Notes under the pieces: generated by a model
Told to the model about the DNA's origin: nothing
Databases searched by the model: none
Seen by the model: only the letters and a program-made list of their open reading frames with translations
DNA from: an uncultured Candidatus Saccharibacteria bacterium
Lineage (GTDB): Bacteria > Patescibacteriota > WWE3 > UBA101185 > UBA10185
Assembly: GCA_964387275.1 (NCBI GenBank)
Contig: CAYLVW010000001.1
Span: forward strand, 150,619 to 214,618
Length of the DNA stretch: 64,000 nucleotides
Reading direction: 5' to 3'
Translations under genes and position numbers: made by a program
Part shown: positions 19,751 through 29,114 of the stretch, in pieces
Position numbering within the stretch: position 1 is the first letter of the stretch
Layout: every line of letters begins with the position of its first letter

Positions 19751-20062
19751 ATGAAATTAAGAAAAGGCGATAAAGTACAAGTAATAGCAGGTAGAGACAA
19801 GGGTAAGACCGGTACAATCCTTAAGGTTTTTTTAGATAAGAATACAGCTGTTGTTGAAGGTGTAAACAAGATTAAAAAGCATGTAAAGCCGGGAGTTTTG
19901 TCAAAAGAAGGAGGTCTTATTTCAGTAGAAAGACCTATTAATGTCTCAAACCTCATGTTTGTAGACTCCAAATCAGGTAAACCTGTAAAAATAGGTTTCA
20001 AAATAGTGGAAGGTAAAAAGTACAGAATAGTAAAAAAGACAGGGGAAGTTATTGAGAAGTAA
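19751..20062 (+). CDS. rplX: 50S ribosomal protein L24
   Basis: KOW motif KGDKVQVIAGRDKGKTG, VEGVN. Confidence 0.97.
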   Translation: MKLRKGDKVQVIAGRDKGKTGTILKVFLDKNTAVVEGVNKIKKHVKPGVLSKEGGLISVERPINVSNLMFVDSKSGKPVKIGFKIVEGKKYRIVKKTGEVIEK

Positions 20063-20064
20063 AT

Positions 20065-20613
20065 ATGAATAGACTTAAAGAAAAATATACAAAAGAAATA
20101 ATAAAAGACATTCAAAAAGAATTTAAACTTGGTAATGTCATGGAAGTGCCTAGAATTATGAAGATAAGTATTAACTCTGGTGTAGGTTCTTTCAGAGATA
20201 ATAAAGAGGCTTTTGAATCTTTTACTCAAGAACTATCTGAAATTTCCGGCCAGAAAGTTTTTCAAAGGCAGGCTAGGATGTCCGAAGCTGGATTTAAGAT
20301 GAAGAAGGGTGATATAGTTGGTCTTACCGTAACATTAAGGGGCGAAAAGATGTGGGCATTTATGGATAAGCTTATTGGTATTGTTTTACCAAGAGTTAGA
20401 GATTTTAAAGGAATTAGTGTAGAATCTTTTGACCAAGACGGAAATTACTCTATGGGTATTAGAGAGCATACTATTTTCCCTGAAGTAAATGCAAATGTGA
20501 CCAAGGGTATTAGAGGGTTACAAGTTACTATTGTTATGTCCTCTTCCGATACAGATATGAACCGTGAAGTTTTGAAGAGACTTGGTTTTCCTTTCAGAAA
20601 GGATACTAAATAA
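20065..20613 (+). CDS. rplE: 50S ribosomal protein L5
   Basis: [28 protein letters not shown]. Confidence 0.98.
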   Translation: MNRLKEKYTKEIIKDIQKEFKLGNVMEVPRIMKISINSGVGSFRDNKEAFESFTQELSEISGQKVFQRQARMSEAGFKMKKGDIVGLTVTLRGEKMWAFMDKLIGIVLPRVRDFKGISVESFDQDGNYSMGIREHTIFPEVNANVTKGIRGLQVTIVMSSSDTDMNREVLKRLGFPFRKDTK

Positions 20614-20614
20614 T

Positions 20615-20800
20615 ATGGCTAAAAAATCTATGATAGAAAAACATAAGAGAGGGGCAAAGTTTGAGGTTAGAGAAAGAAATCGATGTAACATTTGTGGTAA
20701 TCCTAGAGGTTACATGGGAAAATTTGGCATTTGTAGAAAATGTTTTAGAGAGCTTGCACACAAAGGTGAGCTTCCTGGTGTAAAGAAAGCGAGCTGGTAA
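20615..20800 (+). CDS. rpsN: 30S ribosomal protein S14, zinc-binding (C+) type
   Basis: MAKKS...RCNICG...GICRKCFRE...PGVKKASW, 61 aa from the ATG at 20615. Confidence 0.97.
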   Translation: MAKKSMIEKHKRGAKFEVRERNRCNICGNPRGYMGKFGICRKCFRELAHKGELPGVKKASW

Positions 20801-20804
20801 TAAT

Positions 20805-21203
20805 ATGTCATTAGATAAAGTAACATACATGTTGAATAAATTAAAAAATAGTTCGATGGCTGGTAAGTCAACTGTGGAGGTTTTTTATACCAAGCAATGC
20901 GAAGCAATAGCTGAATCTTTAAAGAAAGCAGGATTTTTAACCGAAGTTAGGACTTTTAAAGAGTCAGGAAAGCCTTATAAAAGTTTGAGTCTTGAGATTG
21001 CTAAGGACTCTTTTGGTATGAAGCTTACTGATGTAAAAAGAGTATCAAGACCTGGTAGAAGAATATATAGAGGAGTTTCTGAAATACAGACTTTTTCTAA
21101 AGATGCCATTATGTCGGTTGTTTCTACTTCAAGAGGGATTATGTCCGGTTCTGAAGCAAAGAAAAAGAAGTTAGGTGGGGAGGTTATCTGCATAGTTAGA
21201 TAA
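20805..21203 (+). CDS. rpsH: 30S ribosomal protein S8
   Basis: RVSRPGRRIY, STSRGIM, GGEVIC. Confidence 0.96.
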   Translation: MSLDKVTYMLNKLKNSSMAGKSTVEVFYTKQCEAIAESLKKAGFLTEVRTFKESGKPYKSLSLEIAKDSFGMKLTDVKRVSRPGRRIYRGVSEIQTFSKDAIMSVVSTSRGIMSGSEAKKKKLGGEVICIVR

Positions 21204-21217
21204 TACGGGGTAACAAT

Positions 21218-21757
21218 ATGTCAAGAATTGGAAAAAAACTAATTAATATACCACAGGGAGTTACAGTTACTGTAAACGGCAATTTGGTTAATGTGAAAGG
21301 TCCTAAGGGGGAGTTAAGTTCCACAGTGCGACCGGAGATAAGAGTTGTAGTAGCTGATAATACTATAACTTTTGAAGTAGTGAGAGAAGTTAAGGGTTAC
21401 AATGCTTTTTGGGGTCTAGTTAGGGCTACAGTTAATAATATGATTAAGGGTGTAACTGAGGGTTTTGAAAAGAGATTAGAAATGGTTGGAGTAGGTTACA
21501 GAGCTAAGCAAGAAGGAACTGGTGTTTTATTAACCGTAGGTTATTCACATCCAGTTATTTATCCAGCTCCGGCAGGAATTCAACTAGTAGTAGAAGACCA
21601 ACAAAATATCGTAGTTAGGGGAACTGATAAGCAATTAGTGGGGTTGGTAGCATCTAAAATAAGAGAGATTAGAAAGCCTGAGCCTTATAAAGGTAAGGGT
21701 ATAAAATATAAATCTGAATATATTAGAAGAAAGGCTGGTAAGTCCGGAAAGGCCTAA
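21218..21757 (+). CDS. rplF: 50S ribosomal protein L6
   Basis: MSRIGK, VKGPKG, GVGYRA, PEPYKGKGI. Confidence 0.98.
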   Translation: MSRIGKKLINIPQGVTVTVNGNLVNVKGPKGELSSTVRPEIRVVVADNTITFEVVREVKGYNAFWGLVRATVNNMIKGVTEGFEKRLEMVGVGYRAKQEGTGVLLTVGYSHPVIYPAPAGIQLVVEDQQNIVVRGTDKQLVGLVASKIREIRKPEPYKGKGIKYKSEYIRRKAGKSGKA

Positions 21758-21762
21758 CGTAT

Positions 21763-22122
21763 ATGTATAAATTAATTCATAAAAAAAGTAATAGGGAAAA
21801 AAGAAAGCTTAAGATAAGAAGTAAAATTTTTGGTACAGCTGAAAGACCTAGACTATCTGTATTTAGGTCATCCAGATACACATATGCTCAGATTATCAAT
21901 GATGAATTAGGTACTACATTAGTTGACGTTATGGCTGAGGCCATGAAGCCAACAAAAGGCTCTAATAAATCAGATTTTGCTTTTGAGTTAGGTAAGAAAA
22001 TCGCTGAAAAAGCAAAATCAAAGGGTATTGAATCGGTAGTTTTTGATAGAAACGGTTATGTATATAAAGGTAGAGTTCAGAAATTAGTAGATGGTGCCAG
22101 AGAAGGAGGTTTACATGTTTAA
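21763..22122 (+). CDS. rplR: 50S ribosomal protein L18
   Basis: RPRLSVFRS, VVFDRNGY.YKGRV. Confidence 0.97.
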   Translation: MYKLIHKKSNREKRKLKIRSKIFGTAERPRLSVFRSSRYTYAQIINDELGTTLVDVMAEAMKPTKGSNKSDFAFELGKKIAEKAKSKGIESVVFDRNGYVYKGRVQKLVDGAREGGLHV

Positions 22123-22600
22123 GAAAAACTTTGAAAGAAAAGATAGAAGGCCTGTAGCAGCAAATCCAAATGAGGAGAAGTTTGAGGAAAGGGTGCTTCA
22201 AATTAAGAGAACCACTAAAAAAACATCAGGAGGGAGTAAGATAGGTTTTAATGCCTTGATACTGCTGGGTAATAAAAAAGGTATGATTGGTACTGGGCTT
22301 GGTAAGGCTTCCGACGTTCAGACAGCTGTGCAAAAAGCTGTATCAGCTGCAAGAAGAAGTATGATTAAAGTGAACATTTCTGGAGACACTATCTCTTACC
22401 CCGTCGAGGAAAAGTACGGTTCCGCAAAGATTATTTTAAAGCCTGCTCCTGAAGGTACTGGAATAATTGCTGGTGGTTCTGTTAGAACCGTGGTTGAGTT
22501 AGTCGGGATTAAAAATATCTCCGGTAAAATGCTTGGGTCTAACAACAAGATTTGTAATGTTAAGTGCACCATAAACGCGCTTAAGAAGTTAAGGAGCTAG
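22115..22600 (+). CDS. rpsE: 30S ribosomal protein S5
   Basis: GTGLGKA, KPAPEGTGIIAGG. The ATG at 22115 follows AGGAGGT. Confidence 0.97.
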   Translation: MFKKNFERKDRRPVAANPNEEKFEERVLQIKRTTKKTSGGSKIGFNALILLGNKKGMIGTGLGKASDVQTAVQKAVSAARRSMIKVNISGDTISYPVEEKYGSAKIILKPAPEGTGIIAGGSVRTVVELVGIKNISGKMLGSNNKICNVKCTINALKKLRS

Positions 22601-22602
22601 TT

Positions 22603-23052
22603 ATGTATATTTCTAACATTAATGGATTAAAAAACAGAGTTAAAACCGCTAAAAGAGTTGGCAGGGGTATAGGGTCTGGTAAAGGTGGTCATACAACAGG
22701 TAGAGGTCAAAAAGGGCAAAAGTCCCGAGGTGGGAATAGCGTTCCTTTTGGTTTTGAGGGTGGTCAGGTACCTCTATACAAGAGAATACCTCAAATCGGT
22801 GGTTTTAAAAATGGAAGAGCTTTAAGAGTTGTTGATCTAGATATCTCTAAATTGAATGTTTTTGATGATGGTATGACCATCACAGTAAAAGAATTGATAG
22901 AAAAGGGATTTTTAGGAAGATCTTCCAAGTCTAAGGTAAAGTTGCTTGGTACCGGTGATCTAAATAAGAAACTAATTTTAAAAGGCTTTTTGTTTTCTGA
23001 ATCTGCTAAGAAGAAAGCGGAAAAAGCACAAGCCCAAATTATAAATGCTTAA
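22603..23052 (+). CDS. rplO: 50S ribosomal protein L15
   Basis: RVGRGIGSGKG, GQKSR, FEGGQVPL. Confidence 0.98.
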   Translation: MYISNINGLKNRVKTAKRVGRGIGSGKGGHTTGRGQKGQKSRGGNSVPFGFEGGQVPLYKRIPQIGGFKNGRALRVVDLDISKLNVFDDGMTITVKELIEKGFLGRSSKSKVKLLGTGDLNKKLILKGFLFSESAKKKAEKAQAQIINA

Positions 23053-24301
23053 CGCATTAAAGCAACCTGAAATTAGAAATAAAATACTTTTTAGTTTATT
23101 AGTTATTTTTTTGTTTAGATTTTTAGCACATGTTCCTGTACCTTTTGTTGATCTCATAGCTTTAAGATCTCTCTTTAATGCAAATCCCCTACTTGGTTTA
23201 TTTGATGTTTTTTCAGGTGGAGGTTTCCAGAATTTTTCTGTTGTTTCTCTGGGCCTTAATCCTTACGTCACAGGTAGTATTATTATTCAGATGCTTACTT
23301 TTATGTTTCCATCGCTTGAGGCAATGCAGAAAGAAGGCGAACAAGGTAGAGAGAAGCTAAATATGTATTCGAGGCTTCTGGCTTTACCTATTTCCTTATT
23401 TCAGGCTTACGGTTTATATTTTTTATTAAATAGGCAGGGTGTGATTCCTCAGCTTGATGTATGGTCTTTGTCTATTCTCATTGCTACATTAACAGCAGGG
23501 ACAATGCTTTTGATGTGGATTGGTGAATTGGTTACAGAGTATGGGGTTGGTCAGGGGATTTCTCTTTTGATATTTGCGGGAATAATATCGAGTCTTCCTA
23601 CAACTTTTACACAAATTGTGACTACACTAAATTCTGATAATATATTTTCTTTTTTGATTCTAGGGTTTTCTACTTTCCTTCTTGTCATGGGAGTAGTATA
23701 CGCTAATGAAGGGACAAGAAATATTAAGATGGAATATGGTAGAAAAGGTATTAGATCCGAAAGCGTAGTAAATTATTTACCTATTAAGATCAATAATGCT
23801 GGTGTTATTCCTATCATTTTTGCAGTTTCTTTAGTTATCCTGCCTTCTATGCTGGCCCCCGGATTACAATCTATTCCTAATCAGACTGTACAGGAGATAG
23901 GGTTATTTTTGGCAAGAAACTTCACAAGTACATCATTACTTTACAATGTTCTATACTTCTTACTCATAATAGCTTTCACCTATTTTTATACTTCCATCCA
24001 ATTTAATCCAGAGAAGATATCCGATGATCTTAAAAAAAGAGGTGGTTACATAGCAGGTATTAGACCTGGTAAGGCTACTACAATGTATTTAGCAGGTATA
24101 ATAAACAGAATTACTTTAGTTGGGGCTGTATTTTTAGGTTTAATAGCCGTTATGCCTTACATACTGAGTAATTTTATTAATACTTCTAATTATGTTGTTG
24201 GAGGTACTAGCCTTTTGATCGTTGTCTCTGTGATAATAGAGACACTAAGGCAAATTCAGTCTCTTACAGTAAGCAGAAATTATAATTCATTTTTGGACTA
24301 A
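23045..24301 (+). CDS. secY: Preprotein translocase subunit SecY
   Basis: About 10 TM helices; LGLNPY, WIGELVTEYGVG.GISL, GVIPIIFA, GIRPG, GGTSLLIVV. Confidence 0.98.
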   Translation: MLNALKQPEIRNKILFSLLVIFLFRFLAHVPVPFVDLIALRSLFNANPLLGLFDVFSGGGFQNFSVVSLGLNPYVTGSIIIQMLTFMFPSLEAMQKEGEQGREKLNMYSRLLALPISLFQAYGLYFLLNRQGVIPQLDVWSLSILIATLTAGTMLLMWIGELVTEYGVGQGISLLIFAGIISSLPTTFTQIVTTLNSDNIFSFLILGFSTFLLVMGVVYANEGTRNIKMEYGRKGIRSESVVNYLPIKINNAGVIPIIFAVSLVILPSMLAPGLQSIPNQTVQEIGLFLARNFTSTSLLYNVLYFLLIIAFTYFYTSIQFNPEKISDDLKKRGGYIAGIRPGKATTMYLAGIINRITLVGAVFLGLIAVMPYILSNFINTSNYVVGGTSLLIVVSVIIETLRQIQSLTVSRNYNSFLD

Positions 24302-24307
24302 AAATAT

Positions 24308-24577
24308 ATGTTAGATGAAGCAAAAAAACTACTAAAACTTAAAAAAATGCAGGACGATATAAAAAAGCAAACGGAAAACGTGGTTATAAGAAAAGAGAAG
24401 GATGGTATGGTCATAGTGTTACGTGGTGATAGGAAGGTTTTGAATCTTTCTTTTGACGGTGTCGAAGACAAGGAGTTAAAAGACTTCCTAAATGATGCAA
24501 TGAAAGAGTTAGACAAGAAGCTTGAAAAAGAATTCAGAAGTCAGAGCAGTGATATACTAGCATCATTAAAATCTTAA
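24308..24577 (+). CDS. YbaB/EbfC family nucleoid-associated protein
   Basis: 89 aa with a helix / beta-hairpin (DGMVIVLRGDRKV) / helix (LNDAMKE) pattern typical of YbaB. Confidence 0.6.
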   Translation: MLDEAKKLLKLKKMQDDIKKQTENVVIRKEKDGMVIVLRGDRKVLNLSFDGVEDKELKDFLNDAMKELDKKLEKEFRSQSSDILASLKS

Positions 24578-24580
24578 AAC

Positions 24581-25213
24581 ATGAAAATCTTAATGCTTGG
24601 TCCACAAGGCTGTGGTAAAGGTACAATTGGTGAGAAATTAAGTAGTTTGTTTGAGCTGCCTCTAATTTCTGTCGGTCAGATACTTCGTGATTTGCCCTCT
24701 AGTTCTCCGTACTATAAGGATATTCATATTTCAATGTTAAAAGGAAACTTAGCTCCTAATGTGGAGGTTGCTTATGTACTAAAAGCAGAGCTTGAAAGCG
24801 GAAGATACTCGAGAGGTTTTGTTATGGATGGGTGGGCAAGACAAGTCGATGATCTTAATAAATATGATCCTGGATTTGATGTGGTTGTTTTGTTGAATAT
24901 AAGTGAAGAAACAACTCTTAAAAGGCTTTCCAGTAGAAGGACTTGTAGTTCATGTGGCAAAGTTTACAACGTACTTTTTAACAAACCAAAAACAGATAAT
25001 ATATGCGATGTTTGTGGAAATAAGCTAATTCAGCGTGAAGATGATAAAGAAGAAGCAATAAAGAACAGGCTTCATATATACCTTACTGAGACGGTACCTG
25101 TTATTGAAAAATATAGGAATGAGGGTAAAATCGTTGAGATTAATGCAGAACCTTCTATTGAAGAGGTTTTTAGGAGTACAGTTTTTGCACTCGCTAATTT
25201 AAATATTGTATGA
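24581..25213 (+). CDS. adk: Adenylate kinase with Zn-binding LID
   Basis: GPQGCGKGT P-loop, DGWAR, CSSC...CDVC, QREDD. Confidence 0.93.
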   Translation: MKILMLGPQGCGKGTIGEKLSSLFELPLISVGQILRDLPSSSPYYKDIHISMLKGNLAPNVEVAYVLKAELESGRYSRGFVMDGWARQVDDLNKYDPGFDVVVLLNISEETTLKRLSSRRTCSSCGKVYNVLFNKPKTDNICDVCGNKLIQREDDKEEAIKNRLHIYLTETVPVIEKYRNEGKIVEINAEPSIEEVFRSTVFALANLNIV

Positions 25214-25956
25214 AGTTAAAGACAAATTCTGAGATTAATATAATGAAAGAGTGTGGTTCCATAAGTACTTATGCTTTAAACGAAGTTTTGAAGCATGTTC
25301 ACCCAGGTATTACCCTTCTTGAGTTAGACAGGATTGCGGAAAAGGCCATTATTTCTAAAGGAGGTTCTCCTTCTTTTAAAACGGTTGACGACTACGCTTT
25401 TACTACCTGTATTAACGTAAATGATGGCATTGTTCACGGGTTACCAAATAACTACAAAATAAAAACCGGTGATCTTGTAAGTATAGATCTTGGTGCTTTA
25501 TATAAAGGTTTACACACAGACCTATCATATACAGTTGAAGTAGGTACTTTAAAGGAAGAGAAGTTTTTAAATGTAGGTATAGAGGCTCTACGTTCTGCAA
25601 TAGCAAATTGCAAGCCAGGTAACCCTATGGGGTTTGTCTCAAATACAATACAGAAAATGGTTGAGAAATGGGGATACACAGTTTCTAGGGAATTAGTAGG
25701 CCATGGAGTAGGACATGAACTTCACGAAGATCCGCTTGTGCCGGGTTATGGGAAACTCACTACAGGACCTAAACTTCAAGAGGGTATGACCCTTGCAATT
25801 GAGGTTATTTATCAAAAAGGTAGCCCGAAACTGAAAATTGATTCAGATGGATGGACAATTAAAACAGCAGATGGGAGCCTTTCTGCCCTATTTGAAGCAA
25901 CCGTAGCAATTACCAAAGACGGGCCCTTGATACTAACCCACTTTCCAATGTTATAA
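25210..25956 (+). CDS. map: Type I methionine aminopeptidase
   Basis: VHGLP, SIDLG, HTD, GHGVG..LHEDP, LAIE, and a final FE metal ligand. Confidence 0.95.
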   Translation: MKLKTNSEINIMKECGSISTYALNEVLKHVHPGITLLELDRIAEKAIISKGGSPSFKTVDDYAFTTCINVNDGIVHGLPNNYKIKTGDLVSIDLGALYKGLHTDLSYTVEVGTLKEEKFLNVGIEALRSAIANCKPGNPMGFVSNTIQKMVEKWGYTVSRELVGHGVGHELHEDPLVPGYGKLTTGPKLQEGMTLAIEVIYQKGSPKLKIDSDGWTIKTADGSLSALFEATVAITKDGPLILTHFPML

Positions 25957-25957
25957 T
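25949..25957 (+). promoter_or_regulatory. Extended -10 promoter, leaderless geometry
   Basis: Perfect TGtTATAAT ending 7 nt before the ATG at 25965. No SD. Confidence 0.55.
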
Positions 25958-25964
25958 TTCCCTA

Positions 25965-26978
25965 ATGCCAAAAGCCGCTAAAGTAGTAGCTACATCATGG
26001 AGAAGAAATCCTAAAGCTATAAAAAAATATACATTTCTACACCATTTCCTTCCAAATCAGTTTGGTGGTAACAGAGCTGTTTTGTTAGGAGCTAAGTACT
26101 TAGTAGTATATGCGTTACTGGCAATTTTTTCCTTAGGGTTTTTGAAAACTTTGCCCACCGTTGCGCCTGGTGTGTTGGGCTACGCCTCTGATATTAAGGT
26201 TGATGAACTATTAAATCTAACTAATAAAAAAAGAATAGAATCTGGTTTAGGAGTGCTTACCTTAAACAGTGCCTTATCAGAAGCGGCCTCAGGTAAGGCC
26301 AAGCATATGTTTACTAATGACTACTGGGCACATGTATCTCCAGACGGTACTACACCTTGGGATTTTATACTAGCAGAAAAGTATGATTATATTTATGCTG
26401 GGGAGAATTTAGCAAAGAATTTTAATACCTCCAAGCAAGTAGTAGAAGCATGGTATGACTCTCCGTCTCACAAAGAAAATCTACTTAACAAAAACTACAC
26501 CGAAGTTGGATTTGCTGTTGTTAATGGTGAGTTAGATGGATACGAGACAACTTTAGTTGTACAGATGTTTGGCAAGGCTCGCAATCCTTCTGCTGTAGCT
26601 ACTGTTGACACTGATGGTAGCGACGCTCTTACTTCTCAGGGCTCTGAGGAGCTACGGGAGATTAGTGAATCCTCTGATTTAATTACAGATACAAACTTGG
26701 CTCCAAAAGTTCTAAATCCTGAAAAGATTAAAGAGCTTGCGAATGTTGATTTAAGTTTTAGTCCTTCTGATAACAAATTTTTTGATGTTAGCAAAACTTC
26801 TTTAGCAGTAAATCTTGTAATAATAGGTTTTGTGCTTAGTTTATTGATGCTTGATGTGTGGTACTCTAGTAGACAGGGTATTATAAAACTAACTGGAAAT
26901 ACCATGATACATATAGTGTATTTTGTTTTAGCTGCTGCTGGTGTTTGGTTAGTAATGGCTCCTGGGAGGGTATTGTAA
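25965..26978 (+). CDS. Membrane-anchored CAP (SCP-like) domain protein
   Basis: LTNKKR, YWAHVSPDG, AGENLA, AWYDSPSHKENLL, EVGFAV. One N-terminal and two C-terminal TM helices. Confidence 0.9.
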   Translation: MPKAAKVVATSWRRNPKAIKKYTFLHHFLPNQFGGNRAVLLGAKYLVVYALLAIFSLGFLKTLPTVAPGVLGYASDIKVDELLNLTNKKRIESGLGVLTLNSALSEAASGKAKHMFTNDYWAHVSPDGTTPWDFILAEKYDYIYAGENLAKNFNTSKQVVEAWYDSPSHKENLLNKNYTEVGFAVVNGELDGYETTLVVQMFGKARNPSAVATVDTDGSDALTSQGSEELREISESSDLITDTNLAPKVLNPEKIKELANVDLSFSPSDNKFFDVSKTSLAVNLVIIGFVLSLLMLDVWYSSRQGIIKLTGNTMIHIVYFVLAAAGVWLVMAPGRVL

Positions 26979-27244
26979 TGGGAAGTTTTTTTCATAAAAA
27001 GAACAACTTATTACACTATATGGGTTTAATAGTGGGTTTTTGCGTATTACTTAGTTTGTTTTATTTTTTTAGGTACTCGTATTTGGCAAAGGTCATAATC
27101 TCGTTATTAGTTTCTATTTATTATTTAGCTTGGGGCATAGCTCATCACAAAATTCACGAAAGACTTACTAAGGATATAGTATTTGAATATGTATCGTTTG
27201 GACTATTGGTTTTTGTGTTATTATTAGCTGCGTTAAATGTCTGA
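26978..27244 (+). CDS. Small three-TM membrane protein, function unknown
   Basis: The ATG overlaps the upstream TAA (TAATG). Hydrophobic segments with WGIAHH and EY motifs. Confidence 0.7.
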   Translation: MGSFFHKKNNLLHYMGLIVGFCVLLSLFYFFRYSYLAKVIISLLVSIYYLAWGIAHHKIHERLTKDIVFEYVSFGLLVFVLLLAALNV

Positions 27245-27247
27245 GCT

Positions 27248-28366
27248 ATGAAAATAACACTAGTAATACCAACCTATAACGAAGTTGAAAATATTCGTCT
27301 CCTTTTACCAGCTCTCTTTGAGGAGTTTAACAAATACCCAGAACATGAGTGGTCAGTTTTGATAGTAGATGGAAATTCTCCTGATGGTACCGCCAGTGAA
27401 GTGAGGACTGTTATGTCTAATAATTCCAATGTACACATTATAGTTGAAAAAGAAAAACGTGGTTTGGGTAGCGCCTATATAACTGGGTTTAAAGAAGCAA
27501 TGAATGGTTTGAATGCTGATGCTGTTGTAGAAATGGATGCTGATTTCCAACACGATCCAAAAGATGTGATTAGGTTAGTAAGGGAGTTGGAAAATGGTTA
27601 CGATTATATAATAGGCTCGAGATTTGTGGCAGGGGGTTCTATTCCAAAAGAATGGGCGTTTTATAGGAAATTTTTGAGTGTTGGGGGGAGCATTTTTTCA
27701 AAGATAGTACTTGGTATTTATAATGTTAATGATTTTACCTCAGGATTTAAGTGCACAAGGGTTAGGGGTTTTCTAGAAAAGGTTGATTTTTCACAAGTTC
27801 TTTCCAAAGGATTTGCATACAAGATGGATCTTTTATACAAAATGTTTCTGCTTGGCGCTAAATTTAGGGAAGTTCCTATAGAATTCGGGTTAAGGGATCG
27901 GGGAGACTCTAAGATGGAGAATAACAACTTCATGGACTCCTTAAAAGTTATTTTATTGCTTAGATTTTATAAAAGTAAGAGTTTTTTCAAATTTGCTATA
28001 GTCGGTTTTGCTGGACTTTTTGTAGATATACTAATCTTTAATTTTGCTAGGTACTTAAGTGGACAATCCGGGTTATCTGCACTTATATCAGGCGCTATAG
28101 CAATGTTTACTACTTTTATGCTTAATAATTATTGGTCGTTTGGTGAAAGAAAGATTGAGAGGTTTTCCAAACAACTAGTTGGCATTATAATATATATTGC
28201 ATCTTCTGCTATACCAGTTTTGGTTAGGAGCAAGTTGGTGCATTATTCTACAGATACCTTTGGCGATACATTTATTGTTTCTAATGTAGCGTTTTTCATT
28301 GGGATAGTATTTGGTCTTATTTGGAACTATACAGTGTATAGCAGGGTAATCTGGAAAAAGAAATGA
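27248..28366 (+). CDS. GT2 polyprenol-phosphate mannosyltransferase-like (DPM1/Ppm1) fused to GtrA-like flippase domain
   Basis: IPTYNE, SPDGT, MDADFQHDP, GSRF, SGF, R..GDSK, then four C-terminal TM segments starting FFKFAIVG. Confidence 0.85.
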   Translation: MKITLVIPTYNEVENIRLLLPALFEEFNKYPEHEWSVLIVDGNSPDGTASEVRTVMSNNSNVHIIVEKEKRGLGSAYITGFKEAMNGLNADAVVEMDADFQHDPKDVIRLVRELENGYDYIIGSRFVAGGSIPKEWAFYRKFLSVGGSIFSKIVLGIYNVNDFTSGFKCTRVRGFLEKVDFSQVLSKGFAYKMDLLYKMFLLGAKFREVPIEFGLRDRGDSKMENNNFMDSLKVILLLRFYKSKSFFKFAIVGFAGLFVDILIFNFARYLSGQSGLSALISGAIAMFTTFMLNNYWSFGERKIERFSKQLVGIIIYIASSAIPVLVRSKLVHYSTDTFGDTFIVSNVAFFIGIVFGLIWNYTVYSRVIWKKK

Positions 28367-29112
28367 AGTTCTCTATTGTTATACCAGCATATAATGAGTC
28401 AGATAAAATTATAAATACTCTTTCTAATGTTGTTTCTTTTATGGATTATTTTAATCCTGATTACGAAGTTCTTGTATGTAATGACGGAAGTGTGGACAGT
28501 ACTGCATCGTTAGTTAGGGATTTTTCCAAAGAGCACCCTAAAATTAAACTTGTCGATAATTCTCATAGAGGAAAGGGTCCTACAATTTGGTCGGGTGTTA
28601 TGACTGCTGAGGGGGATTTTATTTATGTGGCGGATGCTGATTTGTCTGCCCCAATGTCTGAGTTAAAGAAAATGTATGTGTGGATTAGTGAACAAAACTA
28701 TGATTTAGTAATAGCTTCAAGAGAAGGCATTGGTGCTAATAGAGTGGGTGAGCCTTTTTATAGACATTTAATGGGCAGGATTTTTAACCTTCTCGTGCAA
28801 TCAGTTTTATTACCAGGGATAAAGGATTCTCAATGTGGATTTAAATTATTTAAAAAAGATGCAGCTAAACAACTTTTCGCAAAGCTTAAAGTATATGGCC
28901 CGGAGGCTTTGGAAATAAAAGATGCTTACTTAGGTGCTTTTGATGTTGAGGTGTTATATATTGCTAAAAAACTTGGATTTAGGGTAAAGGAAGTTCCTGT
29001 AACTTGGCAGTACGTCAAGACCACCAGACTTAACCCTATTGCTGATTCACTAAAAATGGCCAGAGATGTTTTATTAGTAAAAATTAATTACTCGAAAGGG
29101 GTCTATAAATAA
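28363..29112 (+). CDS. GT2 dolichyl/polyprenyl-phosphate glucosyltransferase-like
   Basis: IPAYNE, DGSVD, RGKG, DADL, DSQCGFKLF, FDVEVL, EVPVTW. Confidence 0.85.
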   Translation: MKFSIVIPAYNESDKIINTLSNVVSFMDYFNPDYEVLVCNDGSVDSTASLVRDFSKEHPKIKLVDNSHRGKGPTIWSGVMTAEGDFIYVADADLSAPMSELKKMYVWISEQNYDLVIASREGIGANRVGEPFYRHLMGRIFNLLVQSVLLPGIKDSQCGFKLFKKDAAKQLFAKLKVYGPEALEIKDAYLGAFDVEVLYIAKKLGFRVKEVPVTWQYVKTTRLNPIADSLKMARDVLLVKINYSKGVYK

Positions 29113-29114
29113 CT

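Noticed and set aside
19747-20229. 160-aa minus-strand ORF and the many other short antisense or off-frame ORFs in the track
   Set aside because: They lie inside or across well-supported genes and look like shadow frames.
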